In this document: positions 25,959 through 27,788 of the stretch, in pieces
Position numbering within the stretch: the first letter of the stretch is position 1
Layout: every line of letters begins with the position of its first letter
From: Candidatus Thorarchaeota archaeon
GTDB taxonomy: Archaea > Asgardarchaeota > Thorarchaeia > Thorarchaeales > Thorarchaeaceae
Assembly: GCA_046758445.1 (NCBI GenBank)
Contig: JBHIAE010000036.1
Span: forward strand, 1 to 27,788
Length of the DNA: 27,788 bases
Reading direction: 5' to 3'
The notes under the pieces: generated by a model
What the model was told of the DNA's origin: nothing
What the model saw: only the letters and a program-made list of their open reading frames with translations
Databases searched by the model: none
Program-made: the position numbers and the translations under genes

Positions 25959-27170
25959 ATGGCCCTAGGGGACAGAGCAACTCTTGCCGTCTACATCGTC
26001 TATGGACTGCAAGCAACTGCACTGGCGATTAGCTGGCAGTTTGTTACGCTCTTTGTTAAGCATGAACTGGGTGCTCCTGACTTCCTTACTCTTACTGTAG
26101 TCTACGCTGCTCCTGCCTTCATCAACATAGGAGCAGTGAACTTCTGGGGATCATTATCAGATCGAGCCAAGGCCCGGAAACCGTTTATGATGGTTGGCTT
26201 CTTTGGGTACGCTCTAACGTTCGCACTATACTCCTTCATACAGACGTCCTTTCAGTTCCTTGTGATAGCGCTACTTGGAGCGCTATTGTCGTCCGCATCA
26301 CTTCCTGTAGGCCAAGCGCATCTCACGACCAGTACTGACAAGAAGGGTGAACGCCTAGGATTCTTTATCGCAGTCCAGTCTGCCGGATGGTTCTTCGGGG
26401 CGTTATCAAGCGGCCTGCTCTACGATGTCATTGGCATGTTTACACTCTATAGGATCGCGGCTATCGTCTGCATAATTGCTACCGGACTCGCAGCGGCCTT
26501 TGTCCACGACCTGCCGATTGAAGACACTCCAAGCGTTGAGAGAATTGGATTCCGAACACTCCTTAGAAAGCCTGGCATGTCAAGACTCACCCTAATTGTG
26601 GCACTGAACCAGATTGGAATGAATGCTATAGCTTTCATGTTCGCCATCATAATCGTTGACGAACTGGGGGGTCTGCCCGTGTTTGTAGGCCTGTCGAACT
26701 CAACTGCCACGTTGATAGCTGTCGTGATTACAGGTTACATTGGAAGAGTGGTCGACAGACGTGGCCCAGTGAAGATCCTGATTCTGGCCTCAATCTCGTA
26801 CGTTGTCTTTGCATTTGCATTTGCGATTGTCAATGACCCAATTGCCGCTACGGTAATGTGGGCACTTCCGATATACCCTCTATCGTCAACTGCAGCATAC
26901 GCCCTTGCCTCAATGATTTCTGGAGAGGAGGAGCGAGGACGTGCAATGTCTCTTATTAGTGGGGCTCAGAACACTGGGTCTGCTACAGGTCCGATTGTTG
27001 GAGGTCTCTTTGCGCAATTCGTCTTTGGACGTGTGCAGCCAGTTTCATGGATCAATATGCTATTCAATCTAGGTGCGTTATTGCTGGCCATTTCTCTTCT
27101 TGGTGTGGTGGGGTCGATGGCCAGAGGCGAGAGTCCTCAGGATGAATCAGTACCAGTCATAGAGCATTGA
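25959..27170 (+). CDS. Major facilitator superfamily transporter
   Basis: About 12 TM. Motif A variants WGSLSDRAKARKP and IGRVVDRRGPVK; EERGRAMSL; GPIVGG. Confidence 0.92.
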   Translation: MALGDRATLAVYIVYGLQATALAISWQFVTLFVKHELGAPDFLTLTVVYAAPAFINIGAVNFWGSLSDRAKARKPFMMVGFFGYALTFALYSFIQTSFQFLVIALLGALLSSASLPVGQAHLTTSTDKKGERLGFFIAVQSAGWFFGALSSGLLYDVIGMFTLYRIAAIVCIIATGLAAAFVHDLPIEDTPSVERIGFRTLLRKPGMSRLTLIVALNQIGMNAIAFMFAIIIVDELGGLPVFVGLSNSTATLIAVVITGYIGRVVDRRGPVKILILASISYVVFAFAFAIVNDPIAATVMWALPIYPLSSTAAYALASMISGEEERGRAMSLISGAQNTGSATGPIVGGLFAQFVFGRVQPVSWINMLFNLGALLLAISLLGVVGSMARGESPQDESVPVIEH

Positions 27171-27220
27171 ATCTCGGAAGTACCAGCAGTCTGAAATAGC
27201 GGAAGGCTAATTGTACGCTT

Positions 27221-27788
27221 ATGACTGGTGGTTGCACGTTGGCGGCGAAGATTGTTGGCGCTCGCTATTTCCTCTTGAAGAACAGAGATCTAGTCTTCAA
27301 AGGCTTTCTTGACGGTGTTGTGTTCGACGATGATATCTTCGGTGTGACCGGTATAATAATCGGGACTGGAGAGCCCGCCGGAGTATCGATTGGGTTCAAC
27401 AGATGGGGTCTTGCCGCTTGCAACTCTACGGTGCTAGCCACTTCCGATACGGCCTACGATATCTTGATGGAGCATGTGCTTCGAGAGAGCCGGACAGTCG
27501 ATGAGGCACATGAACGAGTGACCGAGGAGCTACGTGCTGGAGCACGTTTTCAGTGGGGCAACTTCCTGCTTGCAACGCCTAAAGAAGTGGCGGCAATCGA
27601 GATAGGTGACGGAGTCAGCGAGTTCGAGCGTGATTCTGTCATGATTGCTCGAGCAAATCATCACCTACGCCTACCTACCAATGAGCTCTTGAAGAGAGCC
27701 AAAGCCGAAGAACGAGAGGCCGCAGGCCCGATTCATACAAGTCAGAAACGTCGTCAGCTGGCCGCAAAGATGCTTGAAAGCGCCACAT
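27221..27788 (+). CDS. Cys-nucleophile Ntn hydrolase (C45/isopenicillin-N acyltransferase-like), 3'-truncated; absent from ORF track
   Basis: Manual translation: MTGGCTLAAKIVGARYFLLKNRD...SIGFNRWGLAACNS...LRESRTVDEA...GNFLLA...AAIEI...ARANH...TSQKRR. Open to the window end. Confidence 0.82.
   Translation, partial: MTGGCTLAAKIVGARYFLLKNRDLVFKGFLDGVVFDDDIFGVTGIIIGTGEPAGVSIGFNRWGLAACNSTVLATSDTAYDILMEHVLRESRTVDEAHERVTEELRAGARFQWGNFLLATPKEVAAIEIGDGVSEFERDSVMIARANHHLRLPTNELLKRAKAEEREAAGPIHTSQKRRQLAAKMLESAT

Noticed and set aside
1-27788. CRISPR array, rRNA or tRNA genes
   Set aside because: No regularly spaced direct repeats or recognisable structural RNA signatures were seen; intergenic gaps are short.

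Overview
Archaeal genomic window, most likely Asgard (Thorarchaeia-like). This is inferred from an Asgard-type longin domain, GGAGG/GAGGTG Shine-Dalgarno sites, frequent AGA/AGG/ATA codons and sequon-rich surface proteins. The left end holds the 3' part of a very large unknown gene (>970 aa), abutted by a decayed IS607-family serine-recombinase (tnpA) remnant that the ORF track mostly misses. The core is dominated by amide/peptide catabolism: a membrane-anchored penicillin-acylase-family Ntn hydrolase, two divergent non-canonical carbamoyltransferases (one YgeW/AOTCase-like, one with an HCGP motif), a divergently arranged DppA / DppBCDF peptide ABC transporter, a tandem-GNAT-like protein, a DUF362 Fe-S protein, a DinB-family protein, an MFS permease and a truncated Cys-Ntn (C45-like) hydrolase at the right edge. 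Also notable are a 7TM + longin fusion (candidate receptor coupled to small-GTPase signalling), a GOLD/p24-like membrane-anchored protein, a three-gene unit with two tandem paralogous membrane proteins of unknown family, and several strong intergenic hairpins. No tRNA, rRNA or CRISPR array was seen. All assignments come from manual motif reading; no database searches were run.
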